From Microcystaceae cyanobacterium (GTDB lineage Bacteria; Cyanobacteriota; Cyanobacteriia; Cyanobacteriales; Microcystaceae), in NCBI GenBank assembly GCA_041746575.1, contig JBGTGT010000073.1, positions 1 through 64,000 on the forward strand: a DNA stretch of 64,000 nt. Reading direction: 5' to 3'. The position numbers were made by a program, and so were the translations under genes. Positions within the stretch are counted from its first letter, which is position 1. Every line of letters starts with the position of its first letter. This document shows positions 49,526 to 58,527 of the stretch, in pieces. The notes under the pieces are model-generated. The model did not search any database, was not told the origin of the DNA, and worked only from the letters and a program-made list of their open reading frames with translations.

Positions 49526-50107
49526 ATGCTAAGGCGAGCTTATCACTGGGTCGCTCAATGGAGTGAAACCCCCTACGGTAATTGGGCTTTATTTTGCTTT
49601 GCATTTGCCGAGTCTTCTTTTTTCCCGATTCCGCCCGATATTCTTCTGATGGCACTGTGTACTGGCAAACCGTCTAGTGCTTTTGAATTTGCCTTGATCT
49701 GTAGTCTTGGCTCTATTTTGGGAGGAATTGCGGGTTATGCAATGGGAATGTTTGCTTTTGCCACCATTGGTTTCCCTATTCTTTCTCATTATGACCCTAA
49801 TCAAGTGATTTTTGAAAAAGTCAGACATCTCTATGAGACTTGGGGGTTTTGGGGGGTTCTAATGGCTGCAATTACGCCAATTCCCTACAAGGTTTTTACC
49901 ATTGCTTCAGGGGTTTTTCGGTTTAATTTCTCGCAATTTGTCTTGGCTTCTGTTTTGGGGCGAAGTTTTCGTTTTTTCCTAGAAGGTGGCTTGATCTTTT
50001 GGGGGGGAGAACCCCTTAAAATCTGGATTGATACTTACTTTGATAAGTTAGCTTGGGCTTTCTTAGCGTTAGCAGGACTTGGCTTTGTACTTTTAAAGTT
50101 TTTGTAG
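49526..50107 (+). CDS. DedA/YqaA family membrane protein
   Basis: AESSFFPIPPD, TPIPYKVFTIASG, GRSFRF; ATG 49526 chosen over TTG 49517. Confidence 0.9.
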   Translation: MLRRAYHWVAQWSETPYGNWALFCFAFAESSFFPIPPDILLMALCTGKPSSAFEFALICSLGSILGGIAGYAMGMFAFATIGFPILSHYDPNQVIFEKVRHLYETWGFWGVLMAAITPIPYKVFTIASGVFRFNFSQFVLASVLGRSFRFFLEGGLIFWGGEPLKIWIDTYFDKLAWAFLALAGLGFVLLKFL

Positions 50108-50117
50108 GTTAAATATT

Positions 50118-50741
50118 ATGGCAAAATTATCAGTTGAGTTACAACGCTATTTTTTTGAAGAAGAACGGTCTGCTGATGTCAAATTACAAGATATTCTTGC
50201 GCTCGCTGGGGAAAGAATTTTTGGTTTTTTATTTGTGATTCTATCTTTTCCATCCGCTTTACCTGTTCCTGCACCGGGCTATTCTATTCCTTTTGGCATC
50301 TTAATGTTATTATTAGCAATACAACTCATTTTAGGCTCAAAAACCCCGTGGTTGCCTGAAAAGATGATGAAGGGTTCAATGAAGTTAAAAACCGTTCAAG
50401 CTGTCCTTAAAAAAGGATTACCTTGGTTACGCAAAATTGAAACCCTTAGTCGTCCGAGACTGAACTATGTTTGCACCAGTTTAACCGGACGAATTATTAT
50501 TGGGATTGCCATTGCGCTGATGTCTATTTCCATGATGATTCCCATTCCTGGAACGAATACCTTACCGGCTATGGGAATTTTTATTACTGCTTTTGGTTTA
50601 CAAGAAGATGATGGTTTTATTAGTTTAATAGGATTGGTTGTGTGCTTAATTGCAGGGGCATTATCCACCTCAATTATTATAGCGGCGATTTGGGGCGGAA
50701 CCAGTTTATTGGATCTGATTAAAGAACAATTACAGAGATAA
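50118..50741 (+). CDS. exoD: Exopolysaccharide synthesis ExoD family protein
   Basis: GERIFG, ALPVPAPG, PWLPE, PIPGTNTLPA, DDG. Confidence 0.88.
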   Translation: MAKLSVELQRYFFEEERSADVKLQDILALAGERIFGFLFVILSFPSALPVPAPGYSIPFGILMLLLAIQLILGSKTPWLPEKMMKGSMKLKTVQAVLKKGLPWLRKIETLSRPRLNYVCTSLTGRIIIGIAIALMSISMMIPIPGTNTLPAMGIFITAFGLQEDDGFISLIGLVVCLIAGALSTSIIIAAIWGGTSLLDLIKEQLQR

Positions 50742-50874
50742 ACTTAAAGGCGATCGCTCCTCTCCTATAAATAGGCAAAATACTAATCAATGTACGATAA
50801 TGTTTATAGAGCTTTAGCTGAAAATTGAGCCTTAACTTGGCCCGCAGATTACACTTACTAGATAAACAACTGTA

Positions 50875-52779
50875 ATGCGTCTTCATCCCGATACTATTGA
50901 AGAAGTCAAGCAAAAGGTTGATATTGTGGATGTCATCTCTCAATATGTGGTACTGAAAAAACGCGGTCAAGATTTTTTAGGATTATGCCCTTTTCATACC
51001 GAAAAAACGCCTAGTTTTAGTGTCAGTCAAACCAAACAAATGTATTACTGCTTTGGATGCGGTGAAGGGGGGAATATTTTTAAATTTCTCATGGAAGTGG
51101 GGAAACAATCCTTTGCTGAAGTCGTGTTAGACTTAGCTAAAACGTATCAAGTTCCTCTTAAAACCCTTGATCCTGCCGACAAACAAACATTACAGCGTGA
51201 AATTTCCTTAAAAGAACAACTTTACGAAATCTTAGCCGTCACAGCAAGTTTTTACAGCCATGCTCTTTATCAAAGTCAAGGAGAAATGGCTCTAAATTAT
51301 CTCAGAAAGCAACGCCACTTAAGCGATGATACTATTGCCCATTTTCAACTAGGGTACGCGCCAACGGGATGGGAAACCCTCTATCGTTATCTTATCGAAC
51401 AAAAACGCTATCCTTTAGCATTAGTGGCAGAAGCAGGCTTAATTCGCCCCCGTAAGACGGGAAATGGCCATTACGACTATTTTCGAGATCGTTTAATGAT
51501 CCCTATTTTAGATCCCCAAGGACGAGTGATTGGCTTTGGAAGCCGAACATTGGGGACAGATGAACCTAAGTATCTCAATTCTCCAGACACCCCTCTATTT
51601 AACAAAGGAAAAACCTTATTTGCCCTCGATAAGGCGAAATCTGAGATTTCTAAACAAGATCAGGCGATTGTAGTGGAAGGGTATTTCGATGCTATTGCCT
51701 TGCATTGTCATGGATTCCCCCATGCCGTTGCCTCCTTAGGAACGGCTTTTACACAAGCTCAATTACGCTTATTATTGCGCTATAGTGAGTCAAAGCAGGT
51801 GATTTTTAACTTTGATGCTGATGCGGCTGGAACAAAAGCCACTCAAAGAGCGATCGCAGATATTGAACCGCTAGTTTATTCAGGACAAGTGCAATTACGG
51901 GTTTTAAATTTAAAGGAGGGAAAAGATGCAGATCAGTTTTTAAATTCAACGAAAGACAGCGCAGAACACTATCACAAACAACTAGAAAATGCACCATTAT
52001 GGTTTGACTGGCAAATTCAACAATTACTAAACGATAAAGATTTAAAACAAGCAGACCAATTTTCACAGGTTTTTCAAGGGATGGTTAAGTTATTAAATCA
52101 TCTTGAAGATAGCAATCAACGTATTCATTATTTAAGTCATTGCGCAACTATTCTCAGTCAAGGCAACAGTCAATTAATTCCTTTACAATTAAATAGTTTA
52201 CAAATCCAACTTAAGAAGCCTAAAGTTCAGCAATATCCCGCTAAAAAAGCAATCGCCAACTCGAATAATTCCGCTCATAATCCGGTTATTAAAGAACGAG
52301 AGAATTTGAATACCAATGAGACGGTATTATTGCAAATCTACTTACATTCACCTCAATATCGTCAAGAAATTATTGAGCAACTTGAAGAAAAAGAATTACT
52401 TTTTTGCTTAGAGCATCATCGTTTACTATGGCAAGCGATTATCCGTGTACAAGAAGAAGACAAAACACCCGTAGATACTTTAAACAATTCACTCATTTCT
52501 CGATTACAGGATAGACTTTTGAGTGAATCCATCAACTTACAACCGTTTAACTCCTTTTTTCACCCAGATGAAAAAGAAATCGAAGATATGACCAATCCAG
52601 ACTTACAAATTAAACAAATTATCCTGAGATTAGAAAGAATTGCTCTAGATAAATACATCAGATATTGTTGTCAAAAATTAGAAGGGTTGGACTACAGCAA
52701 AGATTTTGATATTTGTCAATATTACCAGCAAGAAGTTATTTCGGCAAAACAAAAACAGAAAAGACTAGGAATTCCTTAG
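50875..52779 (+). CDS. dnaG: DNA primase
   Basis: CPFHTEKTPSF...CFGC zinc finger, KYLNSP, VEGYFD, FDADAAG TOPRIM. Confidence 0.98.
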   Translation: MRLHPDTIEEVKQKVDIVDVISQYVVLKKRGQDFLGLCPFHTEKTPSFSVSQTKQMYYCFGCGEGGNIFKFLMEVGKQSFAEVVLDLAKTYQVPLKTLDPADKQTLQREISLKEQLYEILAVTASFYSHALYQSQGEMALNYLRKQRHLSDDTIAHFQLGYAPTGWETLYRYLIEQKRYPLALVAEAGLIRPRKTGNGHYDYFRDRLMIPILDPQGRVIGFGSRTLGTDEPKYLNSPDTPLFNKGKTLFALDKAKSEISKQDQAIVVEGYFDAIALHCHGFPHAVASLGTAFTQAQLRLLLRYSESKQVIFNFDADAAGTKATQRAIADIEPLVYSGQVQLRVLNLKEGKDADQFLNSTKDSAEHYHKQLENAPLWFDWQIQQLLNDKDLKQADQFSQVFQGMVKLLNHLEDSNQRIHYLSHCATILSQGNSQLIPLQLNSLQIQLKKPKVQQYPAKKAIANSNNSAHNPVIKERENLNTNETVLLQIYLHSPQYRQEIIEQLEEKELLFCLEHHRLLWQAIIRVQEEDKTPVDTLNNSLISRLQDRLLSESINLQPFNSFFHPDEKEIEDMTNPDLQIKQIILRLERIALDKYIRYCCQKLEGLDYSKDFDICQYYQQEVISAKQKQKRLGIP

Positions 52780-52890
52780 ATTTAGGCTCAATTAAGCAAA
52801 TTTTCTCAATACTTTTGCTACTTATCTTTCTGCGGGCAATATCGAAAACCCATCTATCGATTTGACAATGAGATCGCTCAAGCACCCCAT

Positions 52891-52920
52891 TTTTATCTTA
52901 ACTTAACTTCTTTTTAAACT
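52891..52920 (+). promoter_or_regulatory. Putative Pho box (three octamers at 11-bp period) upstream of the porin
   Basis: TTTTATCT (52891), CTTAACTT (52902), TTTAAACT (52913) compared with the SphR consensus PyTTAAPyPy(T/A). Confidence 0.5.
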
Positions 52921-53064
52921 TAATTAATGATGAAGTTAATGTCTTTTTTGCCAAAAAATGCGATAAACTATTGATTGATAGAAAACTCCTTTGTGTAAGG
53001 TTTAGTTTTCTTAGTGTAATCTCAATCCATAATTAAGTAATTTAAAGGTGTGAGGATTGATCTG

Positions 53065-54834
53065 ATGTCAAAATCTAACTGGAATCTTTTAAAAGTTGCT
53101 CCTACAACGCTAGGGGTTGCTCTATTGTCGTCTCAATCCGTTTTTGCGGCACCGGCGACTGAACTGTCTAATTCGTTAGTTTTCCCCGAAACAGAGACCT
53201 TATTGGCTCAGGCAACCCCTGAGGTGGTCTCTAAGGATGAAGCGTTAAGTATTCTACAGCGTCGCAACGAAGCCAAACGTTTCAATGTAAGTTCAAATAG
53301 CTCAATGTCTCAAGTGACGAGCGTTTCAGAGTTGCGGGACGTCGAGCCCACCGCTTGGGCGTATGAAGCCTTACGCAGTTTGGTAGAGCGTTACGGTTGT
53401 ATTGTTGGTTATCCAGACCGAACCTTTCGCGGCGATCGGGCTTTAACCCGTTGGGAATTTGCGGCCGGTTTGAACGCTTGTATGAACGTCATGGAGCGTT
53501 TAATTCAAGAAAACGCCTCAGTTTTCCAAGAAGATATCGATAAATTAAAACGCTTAGCCGAAGAATTCCAAACCGAATTAGCCGCCTTAGGGGCGCGGGT
53601 GGATAACCTTGAATCTCGTACCTCCTACCTCGAAGATCATCAATTTTCTACCACCACCAAGTTAAGTGCAACGGCAATTTTGGCAATAACGGACGCGTCC
53701 GGTGCATTTGCCCTCGATAGTCGAGAACAGGATCAATTCGATCAAGGATTGAGAGGCCGAGGGACTTTGGCGGCAGCTGATCAAGCCGCTCTGTCTAATC
53801 GGGTTCGTCTGAACTTTGATACCAGTTTCACCGGAACGGATCGCTTACGGACGCGCTTATCGGCGGGCAATGTTCCTAACTACAACAGCACAGGAACCGA
53901 TATGGCACGGCTGGGTTGGGATTTAAACACTGATCAAGGCGTCATTATTGAAGATCTGTGGTATCGCTTCAGATTGGCAGGATTTACCGGCTTTGTCGGA
54001 ACGGCAGGGTTAGACCTTGATGATGTCTTCGACGTGGCGAACCCCTATCTCGAAAGTAGTGATACCGGAGCTTTATCCCGCTTCAGTCGTCGTAATCCCT
54101 TAACCCTACGGGGGCCAGAAGGAGCAGGGGGTGCGCTTAAATACACCTTCGGAGGTTTCTATGTGGCTGGAACTTATCTGGCTGATGAGGGCGATGCGGG
54201 AGATCCTAGCGAAGGCGCGGGTTTATTTAACGGTTCTTTCAGTGCTGGGGCGCAAGTCGGCTTCAAAACCGATACTTTGAACATCAACGCCGTTTATCTG
54301 CATAGTTACTTTTCGGGTAGTCCGAACTATACAGGTTCTACGGGAAGCCGTCTTCTGGGTGTTAACCCCTTTGCCAATACGGGGGGTATCGTAAATAGTA
54401 CCCGTGGCAGTCGGGATAGCTACGGCATTCAAGCATCTTGGCAGGTGCTAGATTTTGTTAATTTGGCAGGTTGGGGTGGTTACGCTTTAGCGACGGCACA
54501 GGATATCACGCAAGAAGGGACGGGTAACCGAGTGGGGGCTGACTACTGGACGTGGAATGCGGCCATCTCTTTCTTGGATGTCTTCAAAGAGGGGGCAGTG
54601 CTTAACCTCAATGGCGGTTTATTGCCTCGTGCGGCGCGGGTTGACCAAATAGCAGTCGGGGATTTTGTTGCCCAAGATCAAAATGCTTCCTACATCATTG
54701 AAGCGTCCTATGGCTATCCGATTTCCAAGAATATTTTGCTGACCCCTGGGGCTTATGTTATTCTTAACCCGGATCATAACAATAATAACCCGTCTATTTG
54801 GGTGGGGGTCTTACGGACAACCTTCAAGTTCTAG
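53065..54834 (+). CDS. Cyanobacterial outer-membrane porin (SLH domain + OprB beta-barrel)
   Basis: QVTSVSELRDV, WAYEAL, GYPDRTFRG, TRWEFAAGLNAC, QFSTTTKL, C-terminal LRTTFKF; ATG 53065 with GAGGA RBS. Confidence 0.95.
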   Translation: MSKSNWNLLKVAPTTLGVALLSSQSVFAAPATELSNSLVFPETETLLAQATPEVVSKDEALSILQRRNEAKRFNVSSNSSMSQVTSVSELRDVEPTAWAYEALRSLVERYGCIVGYPDRTFRGDRALTRWEFAAGLNACMNVMERLIQENASVFQEDIDKLKRLAEEFQTELAALGARVDNLESRTSYLEDHQFSTTTKLSATAILAITDASGAFALDSREQDQFDQGLRGRGTLAAADQAALSNRVRLNFDTSFTGTDRLRTRLSAGNVPNYNSTGTDMARLGWDLNTDQGVIIEDLWYRFRLAGFTGFVGTAGLDLDDVFDVANPYLESSDTGALSRFSRRNPLTLRGPEGAGGALKYTFGGFYVAGTYLADEGDAGDPSEGAGLFNGSFSAGAQVGFKTDTLNINAVYLHSYFSGSPNYTGSTGSRLLGVNPFANTGGIVNSTRGSRDSYGIQASWQVLDFVNLAGWGGYALATAQDITQEGTGNRVGADYWTWNAAISFLDVFKEGAVLNLNGGLLPRAARVDQIAVGDFVAQDQNASYIIEASYGYPISKNILLTPGAYVILNPDHNNNNPSIWVGVLRTTFKF

Positions 54835-54871
54835 AACGGACTTTGAGTGAAACCATGTAATGTATATGATG

Positions 54872-54910
54872 AAAGGGGTATGGTTAAGACAATAACGACC
54901 CCTTTTTTTC
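54872..54910 (+). terminator. Intrinsic terminator after the porin
   Basis: AAAGGGG...CCCCTTT stem followed by a T-run. Confidence 0.6.
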
Positions 54911-54955
54911 ATGAGATTGTAAAATGAGTCCAGATATTTACTGAATCGGTTAATT

Positions 54956-56062
54956 ATGCGTATCGCTATTGTGGCACCGGGATTACATAGAGTCCAAAGA
55001 GGGGCAGAGGTCGCCCTAGAAGCAGTCGGACGCGAACTGGCTCAGATAGAGGGGGTTCAAGTCACGTTATTTGGCTCAGGGCAGGTTAGACAGGGTGAAC
55101 CCTATCATTTTATTCCTGTGGGCAATATTCAGCGGGAACGATTTGAGAAATGGCCGCAACTCCCGTTGTTTCGGAATGAATACGTGTATGAGGAGTTTAC
55201 ATTTATCCTCGGACTCATCCGTCGCTATCAGCCTGAGAATTTTGATGTCACTCTGACCTGTAGCTATCCTTTTACAAATTGGTGGCTACGCAAAGGACAA
55301 AATCGCCCTTCTCATGTCTTTGTTACTCAAAATGGGGATCATCCCGCTCAAAGCGATCGCAGTGAATACGCATGGTTTGGTTGTGAAGGTTTAATTTGCA
55401 CGAATCAAGAGTATTTTGAGCGAAATAAGTCCCGATGGTTATCCTGTTTAATTACCAATGGGGTGAATCCAGACCGCTTTTTTCCGCAAACCGCTAATCG
55501 CCAAGATTTTAATTTACCCGAAGAGGGAAAGATTGTCTTAATGGTGAGTGCCTTAAATTCCTCTAAACGGGTTTTAGCGGGGGTTCAGGCTGTTTCTCGG
55601 TTGCCTGATGTCCATTTGGTGGTTTGTGGAGATGGGCCAGAACGGAGTCAGGTTAATGAATTGGGACAACAATTGATGCCCGGACGATTGCACTTGATGC
55701 AGTTATCCTATCAGCAGATGCCGAATATTTACCGAGTGGCAGATGTTTTTCTGCACATGAGTATGGATGAACCCTTTGGCAATGTTTATCTAGAAGCGTT
55801 AGCCACGGGTTTGCCGATTGTTGCTCATGATAATAGCGTCAGTCGTTGGATTTTAGAGGATACAAGCATTTTAGTCGATACAACGGATATTAATCAGACC
55901 GTTCAAGGGATCAAGGAAGCAATGCAAGCGAAATCCCCTGAGGCGATCGCTGATCGTCGAGCTTTAATTGAACGACGGTTCACTTGGCAGGCAGTAGGAC
56001 AACAATATTATCAGTTCTTACAAAAGGTATGGCAGGGGATCAAAAAGGAGGGCAAATCTTAA
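54956..56062 (+). CDS. GT4 family glycosyltransferase
   Basis: GAE motif, NGV, GDGPER, EPFGNVYLEALATGLP (EX7E). Confidence 0.92.
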   Translation: MRIAIVAPGLHRVQRGAEVALEAVGRELAQIEGVQVTLFGSGQVRQGEPYHFIPVGNIQRERFEKWPQLPLFRNEYVYEEFTFILGLIRRYQPENFDVTLTCSYPFTNWWLRKGQNRPSHVFVTQNGDHPAQSDRSEYAWFGCEGLICTNQEYFERNKSRWLSCLITNGVNPDRFFPQTANRQDFNLPEEGKIVLMVSALNSSKRVLAGVQAVSRLPDVHLVVCGDGPERSQVNELGQQLMPGRLHLMQLSYQQMPNIYRVADVFLHMSMDEPFGNVYLEALATGLPIVAHDNSVSRWILEDTSILVDTTDINQTVQGIKEAMQAKSPEAIADRRALIERRFTWQAVGQQYYQFLQKVWQGIKKEGKS

Positions 56063-56064
56063 TC

Positions 56065-58458
56065 TTAAACAACGGTAAAATCGAGATTAAACGTTCCTAA
56101 TAAGTCACCTTTGAGATTATTATGCGAATAGAGGTCAAAGGTAATGTTATTGTTTCCCACGGGCAAGATCCCTCCTTGGAAATTTCCGTTGAAGTCACCA
56201 AATAAAGAGTAGGGTTCAACATTATCGGCACCGGTAACTTCTCCATTATTGAGATTGAGGAAGATACTGTCGACATGCTCTGCAAAAACATTATCTTCTG
56301 GCACAAAGGCCGCAATATTGATTTCTCGATTCATTAGCGTACTTGCGCTGATTTCATCACCATCTTGCAAGGAGGTGATGAGGGTGTCTGTTTCGGCATC
56401 ATAAAGACCAACATTTAACGCCACCGCCAAATCATCTACAATCGTAAATTGACGAGTCACTGTTCCCAGTGAGTCTCCCTTAAGATTATTTTGGGAATAG
56501 AGGTCAAAGGTAATATTATTATCTCCAATAGGCAATACCCCCCCTTGAAAATTCCCATTGAAATCGCTAAATAACGTGTAGGGTTCAACATTCTCCTTAC
56601 GGGTGACTTCACCGTTATTAAGATTGAGAAAAACACTTTCCACTTGACCCGAAAAAAGGCTATCTTCTGGCACAAAAGCTGCAAGGGCAATTTTCTTTCC
56701 TAATAAAGTACTTGCGCTAATTTGATCGCCGTCTTGCAGGGTGGTAATCAGGGTGTCGCTTTTGGCATCATACAGTTCAATCCGCAGAAGATCAGAGGGA
56801 AGAGACTCAGCATAAGTATAGGTCTCGTTTGTTGTCTGTTTATAGTCAAAATCGCCATCATTATCATCATCACGTTCATCGGTTTTGGTTATGGTTTCAG
56901 CAACAAGGTTACCTGTCATATTGTAGGTTGAAAGGCGTTCTGAAATAGAGCGAAATGTTGAACCGCTGTAACCTTCACCGTCATAATAATCATACGAAGT
57001 ATGAGAAAGGGAAGACTTTTCTTCCACTTCAGCCATGAGGTTACCCATCGTATTGTAGGATAAAAGGCGTTCTGAACGAGATGAAGTTTCTACTGAATAG
57101 CCATCTTGATAAATAAATGAGTAATCAGAGTCGGAAGACCCCTCCGTCACGACAGCTGTGAGGTTACCCGTCGTATCATAGGTATAAGTAAAGGTGCGCT
57201 CCCCACGAAATGATACCGAATTTTTTCCATTATTATAATATTCTTCATTTATCTCTGAAATTACTTGACCTTTGCTATCGTAATTGGTCGTTTCTGTAAC
57301 CGTTTCCAGTGCATAATCATTACCAGAGTCACGGGAATAGTGACGGCTTACCACACGATCATCCGCATCATAAGTGTAGGTAGTAGTCGCACGTTCACTT
57401 CCTCCATATCCTTCATCATTGTAGCTTCCGATATACACAGGTTGCCCCTTGAGGTCGTACAGAGACTGTAACTCAGTAATACTACCACCATTAATAGTAT
57501 CGTCTTGGACGCTTGTATCTACTACTAATATGTCATTCGCGTATCCCTTAAAAGAACTTTTACCAAAAACATAACCAGAGCTAGAAAAATCATAAATCCG
57601 ATTGGCAATGATCTCAAAAACCTTTCCGGATGAATCGTTTGCACTCAATTTGAGTTCAGCGGGAGTGACCAAAAGAGGCAATACCGCCGCCCCGTTGTAA
57701 GAGGTGATCTGTCCATTCGGATCATAGTTAATCATTAAATCATTTTGCCCCCCGTCATAATTCACAGCAAGGGAGCGGAGATTCCCATTTTCATCATAAG
57801 TTCTGCTATGATAAGTCCAACTTTCATCCGTTATCCCATCACCTTGCTGATCAACTGCATAATTATATTCGGTCAATCTTCCTTGTGCGTCATATTTAAT
57901 CGTAAACGTTAATATATAATCCGCTGAGCCATTCCCATCTTCATCTAGGGCATATCGAGTTAAGTTTCCATTAACATCATAGGATCGTGTTGCTTGGGTC
58001 ATATAATCATAGATGCCATCCCCATTATTATCCCTTTTATAGGTAGAAAAAATCAGATTTCCCTCATTGTCATAATCATAAGTCCATGCTTCTGTTTTGT
58101 TTACTTTATATGTTCCATCTCCATCGTAATCAGATTTATAAAGATAGGAAGTTTGATTGTTATTGTCATCATAAGTCCATATTTCTTCAGTGAGATAATC
58201 ATATTTCCCATCTCCATCGTAATCAGGTTTATTGGTATGAGAAGTCTGATTCCCCGCCTTGTCATAAGTCCATATTTCTTCTTTAATATTAATATAATAT
58301 CTCCCATCTCCATCGTCATCATCTTTAAGGGTATCGGTATAAGAAATCAGATTCCCCGCCTTGTCATAAGTCCAACTTTGAGATTCAATTCGATTAGCGA
58401 TGCCGTTATTATCATTATCAGTCGAGACAGTCCGCGTTTTTTGAGTTAGTGTGGCCAT
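56065..58458 (-). CDS. YD-like/Dx[DN]xDG repeat protein with two C-terminal ~117-aa modules
   Basis: Repeated WTYDxxGN...DxDGDG units; duplicated C-terminal domain LYDAxxDTLIT...ENVEPY.LF.D...FDLYS.NN.KG...FT.V. Confidence 0.85.
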   Translation of the reverse strand: MATLTQKTRTVSTDNDNNGIANRIESQSWTYDKAGNLISYTDTLKDDDDGDGRYYINIKEEIWTYDKAGNQTSHTNKPDYDGDGKYDYLTEEIWTYDDNNNQTSYLYKSDYDGDGTYKVNKTEAWTYDYDNEGNLIFSTYKRDNNGDGIYDYMTQATRSYDVNGNLTRYALDEDGNGSADYILTFTIKYDAQGRLTEYNYAVDQQGDGITDESWTYHSRTYDENGNLRSLAVNYDGGQNDLMINYDPNGQITSYNGAAVLPLLVTPAELKLSANDSSGKVFEIIANRIYDFSSSGYVFGKSSFKGYANDILVVDTSVQDDTINGGSITELQSLYDLKGQPVYIGSYNDEGYGGSERATTTYTYDADDRVVSRHYSRDSGNDYALETVTETTNYDSKGQVISEINEEYYNNGKNSVSFRGERTFTYTYDTTGNLTAVVTEGSSDSDYSFIYQDGYSVETSSRSERLLSYNTMGNLMAEVEEKSSLSHTSYDYYDGEGYSGSTFRSISERLSTYNMTGNLVAETITKTDERDDDNDGDFDYKQTTNETYTYAESLPSDLLRIELYDAKSDTLITTLQDGDQISASTLLGKKIALAAFVPEDSLFSGQVESVFLNLNNGEVTRKENVEPYTLFSDFNGNFQGGVLPIGDNNITFDLYSQNNLKGDSLGTVTRQFTIVDDLAVALNVGLYDAETDTLITSLQDGDEISASTLMNREINIAAFVPEDNVFAEHVDSIFLNLNNGEVTGADNVEPYSLFGDFNGNFQGGILPVGNNNITFDLYSHNNLKGDLLGTFNLDFTVV

Positions 58459-58527
58459 GATGTTTGATTTCCTTGAGAAAATAATGAGTTGAATAAATAA
58501 ATAATGATGAATTACTAAATCTTACCC

